NCBI GenBank assembly: GCA_963978305.1
Contig: CAXBRM010000002.1
Span: forward strand, 1 to 48,602
Length of the DNA stretch: 48,602 nt
Direction: 5' to 3'
Source of the DNA: an uncultured Rhodospirillales bacterium
GTDB lineage: Bacteria; Pseudomonadota; Alphaproteobacteria; UBA7985
The notes beneath the pieces are model-generated. The model had not been told where the DNA came from. It saw only the letters and a list, made by a program, of their open reading frames with translations, and made no database searches. This document shows positions 10,034 to 19,221 of the stretch, piece after piece. Every line of letters begins with the position of its first letter. Positions within the stretch are counted from its first letter, which is position 1. A program made the translations under genes and the position numbers.

Positions 10034-11904
10034 AGAGCGAGAAATTCCACGACAAACTTTGCACCGGTAAAGCCGGCAGCTTTGTCATGTTGATTTGCGT
10101 TTTCGGCCCAAACCTTACCACCGTGACCATGAACAATTTGCTTAACGATGCTCAATCCTAAGCCGCTGTGATTGCCAAAGCCGTCACTCTCTGGCCTATC
10201 TGTATAAAAACGCTCAAAGACCCGTGATAACCTGTCTTTGGCAATCCCCGGGCCCTGATCCAGGACTTCTAACCGCAAACAGCCACCTCGGCGAAAAACA
10301 CGGACACCTATTTTGCTGCCGGCCGGGCTAAAGGTTCGTGCGTTATCAATCAGATTGTGCAAAACCTGCTGAATGCGGTCTTTCACAGCTTTGATCACCA
10401 AATCACCCGGATCATGACTCTTGGATTCAAGCAAAACAATCGGGACCGAAGCACCATCCGAGCTTGATGATGACAGCGTTTGACCACCGACAAGTACTTC
10501 TAAAAGCGCTAAAATCGCTACTGGTTGCCAGTCGGAGCGGCTAATATCGGCATCTACCCGACTTAACTGGCTAATGTCGGTAATCAGCCGATCCATGCGT
10601 TTGACATCGTGATTCAGAATTTCAAGCAATTCGCTACGCCGCGGCGAGTCTGGGTAAGTTTGCAGGGTCTCAATGGCCGATTTTAAACTGGTCAGAGGGT
10701 TCTTGAGCTCGTGACTCACATCGGCAGCAAAAGCGTCGGTTGCGTCAAGCCGATCCCATAATGCCTCAGTCATTTTTCGGGTCGCAAAACTCAAGTCACC
10801 GATTTCATCACGTCGAAATCTTAAATCTGGAATTTCGACGCTGCGCTGTTTCGAGCGAGCCACCGCGTTTGCGGTGTGAGAAAGCCCACGTATCGGCTTT
10901 ACAATTGTACCAGCAAGAATGATCGACAGCAAAATCGTTACACCTAAAGCGAATAAGGTGCCCCGCAAAAGCTGCCCACGCAACTCTTGAATTGATTCTT
11001 CAACGCCCAGGTTCGCGCTGCGGCTTATCAGCAAAATTCCGATGACACGGCGGTACTGCTGGACCGGGATGGCAGCAAGGAGGATCCGTTCGCCACTTGC
11101 ATTTACTTGAACTTCTTTTGCCACATCGCCATTGTATGCAGTAACGGTGATCGGGTAACTGTTGGCATGGTCGACCAACGGCTCTCGATACTCTGCGGCA
11201 AAAGCTGCCCCGGTTATTTGCGCCCATAACCTCTGGAATGGGAACGCGGGACTTTCGGAAGTGACGGCGCTGGACAGCGGTTCAACCCTGATTGGTGCTG
11301 CTCCTGAATCTGAAAATTGCGAGTCAACCATCAGATCACCATTCAAATCGTACAATCGGATTCTTGAGTCGATATTGCTGGTCAAGATTTTCATCGTCGT
11401 GCGAGACCTTGAACCCAGTTGAGCCACGCTGGCTTGGCTCAAACGAACAATGTCGCCAAAAAGGCTATCATCTCGAAAATTCTGAAACTCAACCGGAATG
11501 GTTTCTGCTGCTGCACCGAGAGCCTTTGCAACAATCAGGCCCTCATCAACCATACCGGCCAACTCCGCCTCAATCAGACGCTCCCGGTTTTGCTCCACAA
11601 CCCAGAAACCGTATAGTGGGATGACCAAAACAAGCAGATTAATTGAGACGATCCTGGCCGTCAAAGGCCAACGAAACCAACGAAACGACGCATTTAGCTC
11701 GAGGCTGGCATCAGTCGCGTCCTTTTCTTCAGAGCGCCAGGGCAACAACCAGTCGAAGCGCCGCCGCTGATCACGGCGGAAGAACAAGCGCCGCCATCCG
11801 CGACCAAGAAAATCAAGACCAAACAAACTGGCCAGCGGTGGCCTGGCCTTCCGCCTACCAGAAATTTGTGACCCGCTGTCGTTTGATTTGGATGACAACG
11901 CCAT
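10030..11904 (-). CDS. chvG: sensor histidine kinase ChvG/ExoS type
   Basis: Two TM segments flank a periplasmic domain, followed by HAMP, H-box SHELKNPLTS and an HATPase domain (GLGLSIVKQIV). It lies immediately downstream of chvI. Confidence 0.88.
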   Translation of the reverse strand: MALSSKSNDSGSQISGRRKARPPLASLFGLDFLGRGWRRLFFRRDQRRRFDWLLPWRSEEKDATDASLELNASFRWFRWPLTARIVSINLLVLVIPLYGFWVVEQNRERLIEAELAGMVDEGLIVAKALGAAAETIPVEFQNFRDDSLFGDIVRLSQASVAQLGSRSRTTMKILTSNIDSRIRLYDLNGDLMVDSQFSDSGAAPIRVEPLSSAVTSESPAFPFQRLWAQITGAAFAAEYREPLVDHANSYPITVTAYNGDVAKEVQVNASGERILLAAIPVQQYRRVIGILLISRSANLGVEESIQELRGQLLRGTLFALGVTILLSIILAGTIVKPIRGLSHTANAVARSKQRSVEIPDLRFRRDEIGDLSFATRKMTEALWDRLDATDAFAADVSHELKNPLTSLKSAIETLQTYPDSPRRSELLEILNHDVKRMDRLITDISQLSRVDADISRSDWQPVAILALLEVLVGGQTLSSSSSDGASVPIVLLESKSHDPGDLVIKAVKDRIQQVLHNLIDNARTFSPAGSKIGVRVFRRGGCLRLEVLDQGPGIAKDRLSRVFERFYTDRPESDGFGNHSGLGLSIVKQIVHGHGGKVWAENANQHDKAAGFTGAKFVVEFLAL

Positions 11905-11907
11905 GAT

Positions 11908-12609
11908 CTAAGAGCCCTTGTAGCGGTACCCCACGCCGTATAAGGTTTCGATTTGATTGAAGTCGTCGTCTTTCGCTTTGAATTTCTTCCTCAAACGTTT
12001 GATGTGCGAGTCAATTGTACGATCATCGACATAAATATGTTCGCCATAAGCGGCGTCCATCAGCTGATCCCGCGTTTTCACGTGGCCCGGCCGATGGACA
12101 AGCGACTTCAGAATCAAAAACTCCGTCACCGTTAAAGTGACATTCATACCGCGCCACATGCACTGATGTTTGATTGGGTCTAAAGTGAGGTCTCCCCTTG
12201 CCAGAATTTCATCACCCGCTTCTCTGGCTTCGGCTAAGACACCCATCTCTTGCCGGCGCAAAAGCGCTCGGATGCGCTCGATTAGAAGGCGTTGAGAAAA
12301 CGGTTTGGTGATGTAATCATCTGCCCCCATTCTCAAGCCGAGAACCTCATCAACCTCGTCTTCCTTGCTGGTCAAAAAAATGACTGGTACCGTGCTGCTC
12401 GCCCGAATGCGATTCAAAACTTCCATCCCATCCATGCGGGGCATTTTGATGTCAAGAATCACAAGGTCAACAGGCTGTACCGCGAGGCTACGCAGAGCAT
12501 CAGAGCCGTCTGAAAAGGAGCGAGTCCTGAATCCTTCTGCTTCCAACGCCATTGAAACGCTTGTCAGAATATTTCGGTCGTCATCGACCAGCGCAATCGT
12601 CTGTTGCAT
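11908..12609 (-). CDS. chvI: OmpR-family response regulator ChvI
   Basis: [26 protein letters not shown]...[11 protein letters not shown]...TKPFSQRLL is very close to my recollection of the ChvI N-terminus. A winged-helix C-terminus is present. Confidence 0.92.
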   Translation of the reverse strand: MQQTIALVDDDRNILTSVSMALEAEGFRTRSFSDGSDALRSLAVQPVDLVILDIKMPRMDGMEVLNRIRASSTVPVIFLTSKEDEVDEVLGLRMGADDYITKPFSQRLLIERIRALLRRQEMGVLAEAREAGDEILARGDLTLDPIKHQCMWRGMNVTLTVTEFLILKSLVHRPGHVKTRDQLMDAAYGEHIYVDDRTIDSHIKRLRKKFKAKDDDFNQIETLYGVGYRYKGS

Positions 12610-13089
12610 AAAATAACCCATTGGTCGTGCAATCTTCGCAGGCACCTCTTCGGATGTTTATTCAAAAGATCGCATGGTTGTCTTTGGTATTAGGAGAGGC
12701 CTGTCTGCTCACACTGAGATCGGCGCGACGCACCAGCATGGTTGCATACAGTTCGCTCCCTCGCCGTTGCTCGTTTTGCCTATTGACTGGCTTTGTTGAC
12801 CACGGCTTCACTTATTTGGTTGCGAATTTCGGTCCTTGCAAGGCCAAAAGTGTCAAAAAATGGGCAATATTAGCCAAAATCTGCTGATAGATTGCCGGGG
12901 TCGTGGCATGATGAAATGTGTTAATCGGGTTTACGGTTTGAATGGTATCGGTCATATTTTAGCTACCGATCTGCTGATTAACGCTTTTAATTTTGCACAA
13001 ACGGCAGTCCTGGCCAATACAATTCGCTTAATTCTAACGGATGCAATCAAGCCATACCTCGCCGAAACCCAAAAGAATGGAACACATTC

Positions 13090-13281
13090 ATGTCGTCTGA
13101 AAACTCGAGATCTGATCCAATATCAGAATTGCTGACGATTGCCGTCTGTCCGATAAGCCATGCAAATCTTTACCTTTCAAATGACGGCCAGAAGCTTTTG
13201 AGCCGCGCAAGCCAATCGAGTTTTCCAATTATTGACGGGCGTCCGGATTTACGACGTCAATCGGCGCGACCCTGGCTCTAA
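13090..13281 (+). CDS. Trm112/YcaR family small protein
   Basis: 63 aa. The LLTIAVCP...L...FPIIDGRPDL pattern matches the UPF0434/Trm112 family. Confidence 0.7.
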   Translation: MSSENSRSDPISELLTIAVCPISHANLYLSNDGQKLLSRASQSSFPIIDGRPDLRRQSARPWL

Positions 13282-13296
13282 TAATGCGCACCAGCG

Positions 13297-14523
13297 TTAT
13301 GAAAGCGCTGCTTGAATCAACCGTCTTTTCAATGGCCTCACCGGATTTATCGCTGGAAAAGCCCAAGACTTCACCCCCGGCAACCTGAGGTGCCGATGGC
13401 TGAACAGCCTATGCAAGCCATCGGTAAGCATGAAAATCTTTTGCGCCTCAATTTTCCGCGCCTGACTATAAGCCTCGAGCGCGAATCGACTGCCAATCGC
13501 CTGGCCTAAATGTTGAGCATTTAACAAGCACTCGGCCAGAGCCGCGACATCCCCAACAGCAAGGTTAAACCCTTGACCAGCCAGTGGATGAACGGCGTGC
13601 GCAGCGTCGCCCACCAAAGCAACCGCATGCCCTGTAAATTGGGCACTGATGCTAGCATACAACGGGTAACTTGCGACACCAGCAACGCCATGAACCTCAC
13701 CGGTAATTGCCTGGAATCGTTGGGACAGATTGTCGATCAAGGTTGGATGATCCAACTTTTCCATCGCGCGCACCCAATCAGGCATGGCCGACCAAATCAT
13801 TGAACTCCGCACCACTCCATCTGCTGTAGTTGTCATTGGCAGCAACGCCAGGGGACCATCGCTGAGAAACAGCTGAGTTGCAACTTGATGATGATTTTGA
13901 GCATGCGAGATTACCGCAATTAAAGCTCTGCGCTGATAATCTGTGGCCGTCCTGATGTCATCAAAACAAAGTTTGCGCACCTTAGAATAACGGCCATCAC
14001 AGCCAAGCAGCAAATCCATTTCTAGGCTGTCTTTATCATTAAATTCAATGATAACTCGATCTTGCTTGATCGCAATTTTATCGATGTCAACAGCATCAAA
14101 CAGCTTAATTCTGCCAAGACTCATTTGCTGGCGGATGCTATGTTGGAACGCCGATGCCAAATGCTTATTCTCGACGATCCATGCCAATTGCTGTCGATCA
14201 GCATCTCTTCGGTCTAACCTCAATTGGTGTCGAAGGCTTTGATCAATCGTATCACCGGCACCCAAGTTCATGGCGTATACTGGGCTGGCTGCCTGACTTA
14301 GAGGCGCCCAAAGGCCTTGCTTGGTCAAGAACTCGACGCTCCGCTCCGAGAGAGCTGTGGTTCGCTGGTCATTTGGTAGATTTTTGTCTGAGCCACGGCT
14401 TGGATCCAAATGCGCTAACGGCTTTTGATCAATCAATGATACGTCAAGCTCACACCGCGCCAATGCTAAAGCCGCGAGCTGCCCTGCCAAGCCAGCACCA
14501 ACAATCGCGACTGAATTATTCAT
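13297..14523 (-). CDS. FAD-dependent monooxygenase, UbiH/UbiF/VisC/Coq6 family
   Basis: N-terminal Rossmann motif VAIVGAGLAGQLAALALAR, then GCDGRYSKVR and LVGDAAHAVHPLAGQGFNL. GAGGA lies upstream of the ATG. Confidence 0.88.
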   Translation of the reverse strand: MNNSVAIVGAGLAGQLAALALARCELDVSLIDQKPLAHLDPSRGSDKNLPNDQRTTALSERSVEFLTKQGLWAPLSQAASPVYAMNLGAGDTIDQSLRHQLRLDRRDADRQQLAWIVENKHLASAFQHSIRQQMSLGRIKLFDAVDIDKIAIKQDRVIIEFNDKDSLEMDLLLGCDGRYSKVRKLCFDDIRTATDYQRRALIAVISHAQNHHQVATQLFLSDGPLALLPMTTTADGVVRSSMIWSAMPDWVRAMEKLDHPTLIDNLSQRFQAITGEVHGVAGVASYPLYASISAQFTGHAVALVGDAAHAVHPLAGQGFNLAVGDVAALAECLLNAQHLGQAIGSRFALEAYSQARKIEAQKIFMLTDGLHRLFSHRHLRLPGVKSWAFPAINPVRPLKRRLIQAALS

Positions 14524-14824
14524 CTTAGGGCATCCTCTTATTGCTCGCCATTAATTTGGTAGGCCATCGTCCGTTCGACAAGTTCAGGATTGTCGGCCAA
14601 ATCTTTGTTGCCTGCATTGAAGATTATCAAATAGGGGACGGTGGTGCCGCATAATCACTTTGAACAGGAAAATCCCTCTGAAACGTTTACGCAGTTCGCC
14701 CTTTATCGTGCGATCCCTTATAGTTTAGAGAGCAGCCAAGCCGACAATTTCAAGGCATTGGTTGATGGATCCGTTTTTTCACGATCTGTTCGCTTGTTAT
14801 GTTTAGACGATTTTAGAGTGCCCA

Positions 14825-17800
14825 ATGACATTTTACAGCGGCCCCAAAGGACCTTTTGCTGATATCAAAGCCAGCGTTGCTCTGGCGATTGACTCATTCT
14901 TTCCTCGTGGCTTCTTGTCAGAGTTTCGTCGCCGTGGCGCACAAATCCTCGGTACGACCTTAGCTGGATTGGCAATCGTCATTTTGCTGTCGATCATCAG
15001 CTTTGCACCCGACGATCCGTCGCTGAATACGGCTAGCAATATGCCACCGGAAAACTGGCTAAAAATTCCAGGCGCGATCATAGCCGATCTTTGTATCCAA
15101 ACCTTGGGGTTTGTTGGCTATTTGGTGCCATTATTTTTGTTTGCTTGGGCGTGGTCTTGTTTGTTTGGGCAGGCTTTTAAAGGTGCGGCCCTACGCTTTT
15201 TAATTCTGCCAATTTCCTTAATCCTATTAGCTGCAGTTTGTTCGGCTTTGCCAATTTCGACACAATGGAGCAAACCCCTCAGCGCTGGCGGCGCCGTTGG
15301 TGAACTTGCCCTGGCAGGCATGCAAGCTCTCGTGCCAATGCCAAAGGCGATTTGGGCTATGATCAGCGTGGTCATTGGCGGATGCCTATACGGGCTCAGT
15401 TTACCGCTCACCACCCAAGAGCTGCATCGTGGTGCCCGAGGCTCACGCCATCAACAAAATAACAACTGGCGAGAATCGTTGACGCAATCTGCGAGCTCGG
15501 AATGGCGCGGCAACGCGTCCCAACTCGCTGAAGCTGGATTTATGAACGATGCGTCTTTGTTTGAGTACAATGATCCAAGCGTTATTCAGCAAATCCTGAC
15601 AGCCAGTGACAACGGGTCTGGATACGTGCCCGATGCTGAACGGGACGACCGCGTAAGCGAGACGGTGATTGCCGACTCGCCATTGTCTAACGATCATCAC
15701 CCAGCCTTACGGGAGACGTCGAACAGTGGCGAAGGAGACGACAAGGATGACGCGTCTGACTTTGAAGGCGCCGCGTACGGCGCGACACGTTACAGCATGA
15801 ACTTTGGCAACGAAGCCGTCAATTGGTCGGGCTTAACCAGCTTTGCACAGGCAACAGAAAGCCAACCCAATAATGCCACAGATGACGGGGTGCCAGAGTG
15901 GAAGCCAGACCTTTGGCAAAATCCAAAACCTGTGTCAGTGGCACATACACAGAGTCCGCCCTCTGCTCCCAATGACTCCAATACAAACAACAACGACAAT
16001 CCTGCTTTTGGGGCGCAAATCGAACCGGAACGGCAGCAACTTACGTCAAGCTTTGTCAATCGACTAAGAGCTGAAGAATTGCGTCGTGAACCGAATCAAG
16101 CTGCAACCAGCGACGACACAGACCTGCCTTCAACGGCAAATGTCAGTGACCTTTCATTTTCTGAGAATGACACCCCAACTTCGGGCGATCCAACAGACGA
16201 AGCTTTGGATTTTGATATCGCCGCCACACCCGCAAACAACGGTCTGGATGACGACGCAATAGCGCCAACGGCGTCATTGAATCACGCAGCCAGTGCTGTG
16301 GATCAACAGCTTGGCGGTGCCCTGGCTGCCAACCGAAAAAAGCAAATCCGCATCCAGAAGAAATCCCGGGCGGCTCTGGATCGTCACAGTAGCTACAACA
16401 ATTGGCAAAAGCCAACAGTGGATTTCTTAGACCTGCCAGATGCCAGCCATATTGTCGGCCTCAGTGAGCAACATATCAGTGATCGAATCAGCCAACTGGA
16501 AACGGCTCTTGCAGAGTTTAACGTTAAAGGCGAAGTGCTGCGGGCACGTCCCGGTCCCGTTGTGACGTTGTTCGAGTTCCAGCCAGCCCCCGGCACAAGA
16601 ATCAGCCGTATTGTTAGTTTAAGCGACGACATCAAACGCGCGATGGCGTCGGCCAGTTGCCGGATTGCCGTCGTGCCGGAAACCACTTTGATTGGCATTG
16701 AACTGCCAAACAAACAGCGCACACCCGTCAACCTACGCCAAATCATCGATAGCGAAAGCTTCACTGGGTCAAAGGCCAAGTTGCCATTGGCAATGGGCAT
16801 CGACATCAGTGGTCAGCCGGTGATTGGCGACTTGGCGCGCTGCCCGCACCTCTTGATTGCGGGAACGACAGGCGCTGGTAAGTCCGTAAGCCTCAATGGC
16901 ATGATCATGAGCATGCTGTACAAGCTGCCTCCTGATAAGCTCAAAATGATCATGATTGATCCCAAGATGTTAGAGTTGTCGATCTACGACAAAATACCTC
17001 ATCTGCTCTCCCCCGTGGTCACCGATCCCCGTAAAGCCATTGTCGCGCTCAAGTGGGCAGTCCGCGAAATGGAAGAGCGCTACGCAACAATGATGACACT
17101 GCAAGTCCGAGGCATCGTTGACTATAACGAGCGCATTCAAAAAGCGATTCAACAAGGGGAAGTCCTAACGCGCGACGTGCAGACTGGCTTCAATATCGAG
17201 ACAGGCAAACCGGAATTCGAAGAACAGGAATTGCCACTCAAGCCAATGCCGTACATTGTGTGCATCATCGACGAACTGGCCGATTTGATGGAGCTGGCAA
17301 AAAAGGAAATCGAAGGCAGTTTGCAGCGCTTGACACAAATGGGCCGCGCCGCTGGTATCCATGTCATTACGGCAACACAGCGCCCGTCAGTCGATGTGAT
17401 CACAGGAGTGATCAAGGCAAACATACCGAGCCGCGTCAGCCTGTATGTCCGCAGCAAAACCGACTCACGAATTGTGCTCGATGAACAAGGGGCCGAACAG
17501 CTCTTGCGTGTCGGTGACATGCTCTATTCAGCAGAAGGTCGGCGTCCTTCAAGAGTGCACTCGGGCTATGTCTCAACCGATGAGGTCTTGGCTGTTGTCG
17601 AACACCTCAAAGCACAAGCGGAACCAGAATACATTGACGCCATTCAAGACGACAGTGAAAATGAAGGTGATGGCAGCGGTGATCTGTTCGGCGACTATGC
17701 CAGCGACGATGGCTCGGGTGGCAGCGATGGCGATCTTTATCGTCAAGCAGTCCGCATCGTTTGCCAAGACCGGCGAGCATCGACCAGCTACATTCAGCGA

Positions 17801-17920
17801 AAACTGCAAATCGGTTACAACCGTGCCGCCCGCCTCATCGAGCAAATGGAAACCGAAGGCATTGTTGGGCCCGCAGATAAGGTCGGCCGTCGGGATATTT
17901 TGGTCGGTGGCGAAGACTAG
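14825..17920 (+). CDS. ftsK: DNA translocase FtsK
   Basis: N-terminal 4-TM domain, a long acidic/low-complexity linker, Walker A GTTGAGKSV, and a C-terminal gamma domain (YRQAVRIVCQDRRASTSYIQRKLQIGYNRAARLIEQME). Confidence 0.95.
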   Translation: MTFYSGPKGPFADIKASVALAIDSFFPRGFLSEFRRRGAQILGTTLAGLAIVILLSIISFAPDDPSLNTASNMPPENWLKIPGAIIADLCIQTLGFVGYLVPLFLFAWAWSCLFGQAFKGAALRFLILPISLILLAAVCSALPISTQWSKPLSAGGAVGELALAGMQALVPMPKAIWAMISVVIGGCLYGLSLPLTTQELHRGARGSRHQQNNNWRESLTQSASSEWRGNASQLAEAGFMNDASLFEYNDPSVIQQILTASDNGSGYVPDAERDDRVSETVIADSPLSNDHHPALRETSNSGEGDDKDDASDFEGAAYGATRYSMNFGNEAVNWSGLTSFAQATESQPNNATDDGVPEWKPDLWQNPKPVSVAHTQSPPSAPNDSNTNNNDNPAFGAQIEPERQQLTSSFVNRLRAEELRREPNQAATSDDTDLPSTANVSDLSFSENDTPTSGDPTDEALDFDIAATPANNGLDDDAIAPTASLNHAASAVDQQLGGALAANRKKQIRIQKKSRAALDRHSSYNNWQKPTVDFLDLPDASHIVGLSEQHISDRISQLETALAEFNVKGEVLRARPGPVVTLFEFQPAPGTRISRIVSLSDDIKRAMASASCRIAVVPETTLIGIELPNKQRTPVNLRQIIDSESFTGSKAKLPLAMGIDISGQPVIGDLARCPHLLIAGTTGAGKSVSLNGMIMSMLYKLPPDKLKMIMIDPKMLELSIYDKIPHLLSPVVTDPRKAIVALKWAVREMEERYATMMTLQVRGIVDYNERIQKAIQQGEVLTRDVQTGFNIETGKPEFEEQELPLKPMPYIVCIIDELADLMELAKKEIEGSLQRLTQMGRAAGIHVITATQRPSVDVITGVIKANIPSRVSLYVRSKTDSRIVLDEQGAEQLLRVGDMLYSAEGRRPSRVHSGYVSTDEVLAVVEHLKAQAEPEYIDAIQDDSENEGDGSGDLFGDYASDDGSGGSDGDLYRQAVRIVCQDRRASTSYIQRKLQIGYNRAARLIEQMETEGIVGPADKVGRRDILVGGED

Positions 17921-17934
17921 ACTGAGTTCAGTCT
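17919..17934. terminator. short inverted repeat AGACTGA-gt-TCAGTCT spanning both stop codons of convergent ftsK and arsJ
   Basis: 7-bp arms seen directly in the sequence. There is no U-run, so terminator function is speculative. Confidence 0.25.
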
Positions 17935-19208
17935 GACCGAGCCTGTCGGGGCAGCAAAAGCATACTCAAAGCAGCAAGTGCCGCATACAATGCGGCACAG
18001 ACCAGTGCCGCCGGCAAACCAGCAAAAACAAAGGCAGCACCCGACGTTATTGTTCCCAACAGCCGACCCAACGCATTGCTCATATAGTATAAGCCAACAT
18101 CTTGGCTAACGCGCTGTTCGCCGCTAAAAGCCAAAATCAAAAAGCTGTGCAAACTGCTGCTGAGTGCAAAAACACCGCCAAAAACGAGCAAAATTACCAA
18201 CACTCCAGCCAAAGTTGCGCCAGGCGCATGGTCATCGAAAACGAGCATGATGCCAAGGCCGATCACCAAGACAAAAGTGAGCAGCACGCCCTGTCGCAAG
18301 GTCGAACGGGTGGCCGCCGCCGCGCTTGCGCGACTGCCGGCCAGCCACTCTGGGGCGCTCGCTTGGACATAACCATAGGCAACAACCCAAAGCGCCATGA
18401 AACCACCAACCATGAAAAATGCATGCGCCGAAGTCCAACCAAACAGATTAACGGCCAAGTTTGTCATAAAAATTGGCAACGCAATCACAAACCAGGCGTC
18501 CCGGCTGGCGAACAGAAACAACCGAGCGATGCTGAGCCGGACAACCAATGAGTTTGTTTTGAAAATATTGGTCAAAGGCACCGGTTTGCCCTTCGGCAAA
18601 CCCTCCGGCATCAGCACCATCGAACCGGTTAAAATCGCAGCGAGCACCAGCGCCATTAGCCACAGACCGATCATGTAGCCAACCGACGCCAGCAAAGCGG
18701 CACCAACAAAAAAACCAATACCTTTGATGGCATTCTTGGCACCAGTAAGCCGGGCGACCCAGCGGAACAGCGTACCCCCCTCACCGCTGCGGGCTTGACT
18801 TGGTACCAACAACTTCACCGCACTCTTAGAGCTGGTTTTTGTTAAATCTTTCGCGACACCAGCCAAGCCTTGAATCAATGCGACAGCGATCAAGCTGCCG
18901 ACGAACACACCATCAATCGGCACAAAACTCAAAGCAAGCAGCGCAATGATTTGGCAGCCCAGGCCAGCAAAAAGAGTAAATTTGAAGCCAAAACGTGCCG
19001 CAGCCCAACCAGCGATTAAATTGGTCACGACGCCCATGGCTTCGTAGACAATAAACAAACTCGCCAGCTCCAGCGGTCCATAACCCGCTTCGTGAAAACG
19101 TAACAACACCAGCATGCGAAGGGCGCCATCACTGAGCATGAACGACCAGTAGGCCGCCGTCACAAACAGATAAGCACCGAGCATGCTGTTGTTTGAAGTC
19201 GCCGTCAT
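17928..19208 (-). CDS. arsJ: MFS transporter, ArsJ-type organoarsenical (1-arseno-3-phosphoglycerate) efflux permease
   Basis: 12-TM MFS protein. Motifs YLFVTAAYWSFMLSDGALRMLVLLRFH, GVAKDLTKTSSKSAVK, LFRWVARLTGAKNAIKGIGFF and LFLFASRDAWFV match my recollection of ArsJ. It starts 14 nt after a GAPDH gene. Confidence 0.8.
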   Translation of the reverse strand: MTATSNNSMLGAYLFVTAAYWSFMLSDGALRMLVLLRFHEAGYGPLELASLFIVYEAMGVVTNLIAGWAAARFGFKFTLFAGLGCQIIALLALSFVPIDGVFVGSLIAVALIQGLAGVAKDLTKTSSKSAVKLLVPSQARSGEGGTLFRWVARLTGAKNAIKGIGFFVGAALLASVGYMIGLWLMALVLAAILTGSMVLMPEGLPKGKPVPLTNIFKTNSLVVRLSIARLFLFASRDAWFVIALPIFMTNLAVNLFGWTSAHAFFMVGGFMALWVVAYGYVQASAPEWLAGSRASAAAATRSTLRQGVLLTFVLVIGLGIMLVFDDHAPGATLAGVLVILLVFGGVFALSSSLHSFLILAFSGEQRVSQDVGLYYMSNALGRLLGTITSGAAFVFAGLPAALVCAALYAALAALSMLLLPRQARSD

Positions 19209-19221
19209 GCGATCATCCTAT

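Noticed and set aside
12621-13135. Two overlapping plus-strand ORFs (88 aa and 99 aa) in the chvI upstream gap.
   Set aside because: Neither has a Shine-Dalgarno sequence at any candidate start. The second runs 46 nt into the well-supported Trm112-like gene in another frame. Composition is unconvincing. The region is kept only as a finding, not as features.
14538-14654. A short minus-strand open frame just upstream of the ubiH-family gene, ending in protein-like sequence (...GTTVPYLIIFNAGNKDLADNPELVERTMAYQINGEQ*).
   Set aside because: It is bounded by an in-frame TGA only 38 codons upstream. The only possible start giving more than 9 aa is a TTG, and no continuation exists in other frames. 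It may be a gene remnant, but the sequence alone does not support calling a CDS or pseudogene.
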